A DNA stretch of 13,797 nt. Origin: a virus. Shown piece by piece: positions 12,243 through 13,797 of the stretch. Made by a program: the position numbers and the translations under genes. A model generated the notes under the pieces. It was not told where the DNA came from and did no database searches. It saw nothing but the letters and a program-made list of their open reading frames with translations. Numbering within the stretch: position 1 is the stretch's first letter; each line of letters opens with the position of its first letter. The DNA is taken from UHGV virus genome UHGV-0071160; one strand, written 5' to 3'.

Positions 12243-13797
12243 ATGGCATTTAAACACTATGACGTGGTCAGGGCATCATCGCCGTCAGACCTCGCAGGAA
12301 AACTGACGCAAAAACTGAAGGAAGGCTGGCAACCCTATGGTAGTCCGATTATCTCAAACGCGGGTTATGGTGCTGAATTTATCCAGGCTATAGTCGCTGA
12401 AGGGGATATGACCTCTCCGGTAGTTTCACCGGGGGGAGATGGTACCCGGACTGTTGTTGTTGAACCAGAATATTACTTTGTCATTGCGCTGGCCGGACAG
12501 TCAAACGGCATGGCGTATGGTGAAGGCCTGCCGCTGCCGGAGACATATGACCGTCCGGACCCGCGTATTAAACAGCTGGCGCGTCGCAGTACGGTGACGC
12601 CGGGTGGTGTCGCCTGTAAATATAACGACATCATTCCGGCAGACCACTGTCTGCATGATGTGCAGGATATGAGTAACCTGAATCATCCTGAAGCGGACTT
12701 GTCAAAGGGACAGTACGGTTGTGTGGGGCATGCTCTGCATGTTGCCAAAAAGCTGCTGCCGTTTATGCCTGCGAATGCGGGTATCCTTCTTGTTCCATGT
12801 GGCCGTGGCGATTCGGGATTTACTGCGGGGGCCGAGGGGGCGTTTAACGAAGCGTCGGGAGCGACCGCAGGCTCGTCCCTGTGGGGGGCGGATAAACCGC
12901 TGTATCATGACCTGGTCAGCAGAACCCGTGCGGCCCTGAAGAAAAATCCGAAGAACGTGCTGTTATCAGTGATCTGGATGCAGGGAGAAAAAGATGTCAG
13001 TTCGGGGAGACATGCAGAACACAATGCGCTTTTCCTTGCCATGGTAAATCAGTTCCGTACGGAACTGGCAGATGTGGCAGAGCAGTGTACTGGCGGGACA
13101 ACGGCCAGCGTCCCGTGGATTTGCGGTGATACCACGTACTACTGGAAGGAAAGGTATGCAGCGCCGTATGAGGCGGTTTACGGTGGGTATAAAGGCAAAG
13201 CTGCGCAGAATATTCACTTTGTGCCGTTGATGACGGATGAGCATGGTGTGAATGTGCCGACAAACGAGCCGTCAGAAGATCCGGACATTATCCCGGCGGG
13301 ATACTATGGCGCTGCGTCACGCACTGCCAGTAACTGGACGTCAGCCGATCGTAAAACGCACTTCAGTTCATGGGCGCGAAGAGGCCTTGTTTCAGACCGC
13401 CTGGCAGGTGCCATTTTGCAGTACGCCGGGCGGACATTATCGTTCCTTACCGGGCAGAGCGCACCGCAGTCGGGTGGTACAACTCCCGGTGATGATGTCA
13501 GTCCGGGGGTACCGGGTGTTGAGAAACCGCAGGATGGCGGTGTTGCTGGTACTGGTCATGATGAGGCCGTGAGCAGTACCAGGACGGTGGCTGAATATGA
13601 TGCGAACAGTGGAAATGGTGTATGGACAGAGCAGCAGTGGGGGGCTGCCGGTGGCAAAGGCACTGTGACTGATGACGGTGGACGGAAAGCGCTGCGACTG
13701 GAAAAACAGCCCGGTAAACTGACGTCCTGGAAAATGTTCTGTACTGTTGCAGTGGAGGAGGCAAAAAATCTTCTCAGCAAGGGGGGTGAAATTGCCG
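12243..13797 (+). CDS. nanS: Prophage sialate O-acetylesterase (NanS-p / YjhS-like, SGNH/DUF303 esterase), 5' partial, runs off the window
   Basis: ATG 12243 with GGGAGG upstream; frame open to the window end (518 codons). N-terminus MAFKHYDVV... and GQSN catalytic-serine motif (IALAGQSNGMAYGE) fit the esterase family found downstream of stx in Stx phages. Confidence 0.85.
   Translation, partial: MAFKHYDVVRASSPSDLAGKLTQKLKEGWQPYGSPIISNAGYGAEFIQAIVAEGDMTSPVVSPGGDGTRTVVVEPEYYFVIALAGQSNGMAYGEGLPLPETYDRPDPRIKQLARRSTVTPGGVACKYNDIIPADHCLHDVQDMSNLNHPEADLSKGQYGCVGHALHVAKKLLPFMPANAGILLVPCGRGDSGFTAGAEGAFNEASGATAGSSLWGADKPLYHDLVSRTRAALKKNPKNVLLSVIWMQGEKDVSSGRHAEHNALFLAMVNQFRTELADVAEQCTGGTTASVPWICGDTTYYWKERYAAPYEAVYGGYKGKAAQNIHFVPLMTDEHGVNVPTNEPSEDPDIIPAGYYGAASRTASNWTSADRKTHFSSWARRGLVSDRLAGAILQYAGRTLSFLTGQSAPQSGGTTPGDDVSPGVPGVEKPQDGGVAGTGHDEAVSSTRTVAEYDANSGNGVWTEQQWGAAGGKGTVTDDGGRKALRLEKQPGKLTSWKMFCTVAVEEAKNLLSKGGEIA

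Noticed and set aside
12702-13780. Track ORFs inside the nanS-p region (12721..12939, 12966..13244, 12997..13263, 13252..13572, 13498..13764, 13556..13780)
   Set aside because: They are out-of-frame or antisense shadows of the long open esterase frame that starts at 12243 and has a clear SGNH/GQSN signature.
1-13797. CRISPR array, integrase/transposase, or insertion-sequence ends
   Set aside because: No regularly spaced direct repeats with unique spacers, no terminal inverted repeats with target duplications, and no ORF with recombinase or transposase signatures were seen.

Overview
This window reads as the immunity-to-late-region segment of a lambdoid (Stx-phage-like) enterobacterial prophage. 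Nothing was searched against a database; all calls rest on reading the sequence and on recalled family signatures. Left to right: (1) an immunity region with a minus-strand cI-like HTH/S24-peptidase repressor, a divergent Cro-like gene, and repeated 15-bp operator motifs (TTGCG-N5-AGCAA) on both sides (OL and OR); (2) a translationally coupled early-right operon (ATGA/GTGA stop-start overlaps) encoding a CII-position protein, a Rha-domain protein with an anomalous upstream extension, two small proteins, a replication initiator with internal iteron-like repeats, and a PerC-like protein; (3) a nin-like accessory block: Dam-like methyltransferase, a LexA DNA-binding-domain-only paralog, RusA, a consensus LexA box, a KilA-N antirepressor-like gene and a DUF968-like protein; (4) the Q antiterminator followed by terminators, a small winged-helix ORF and an orphan beta-class DNA methyltransferase; (5) a promoter and three tRNAs (CAU, Arg-UCG, Arg-UCU) arranged as in Stx phages; (6) where stxAB would sit, a TerB-like protein plus a 50-aa two-helix membrane peptide; (7) convergent terminators and the 5' part of a NanS-p-type sialate O-acetylesterase running off the window. 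No stx, CRISPR, integrase or transposase was seen. The best candidates for something undescribed are the TerB-like/membrane-peptide pair at the toxin locus and the LexA-mimic plus SOS-box plus antirepressor arrangement.
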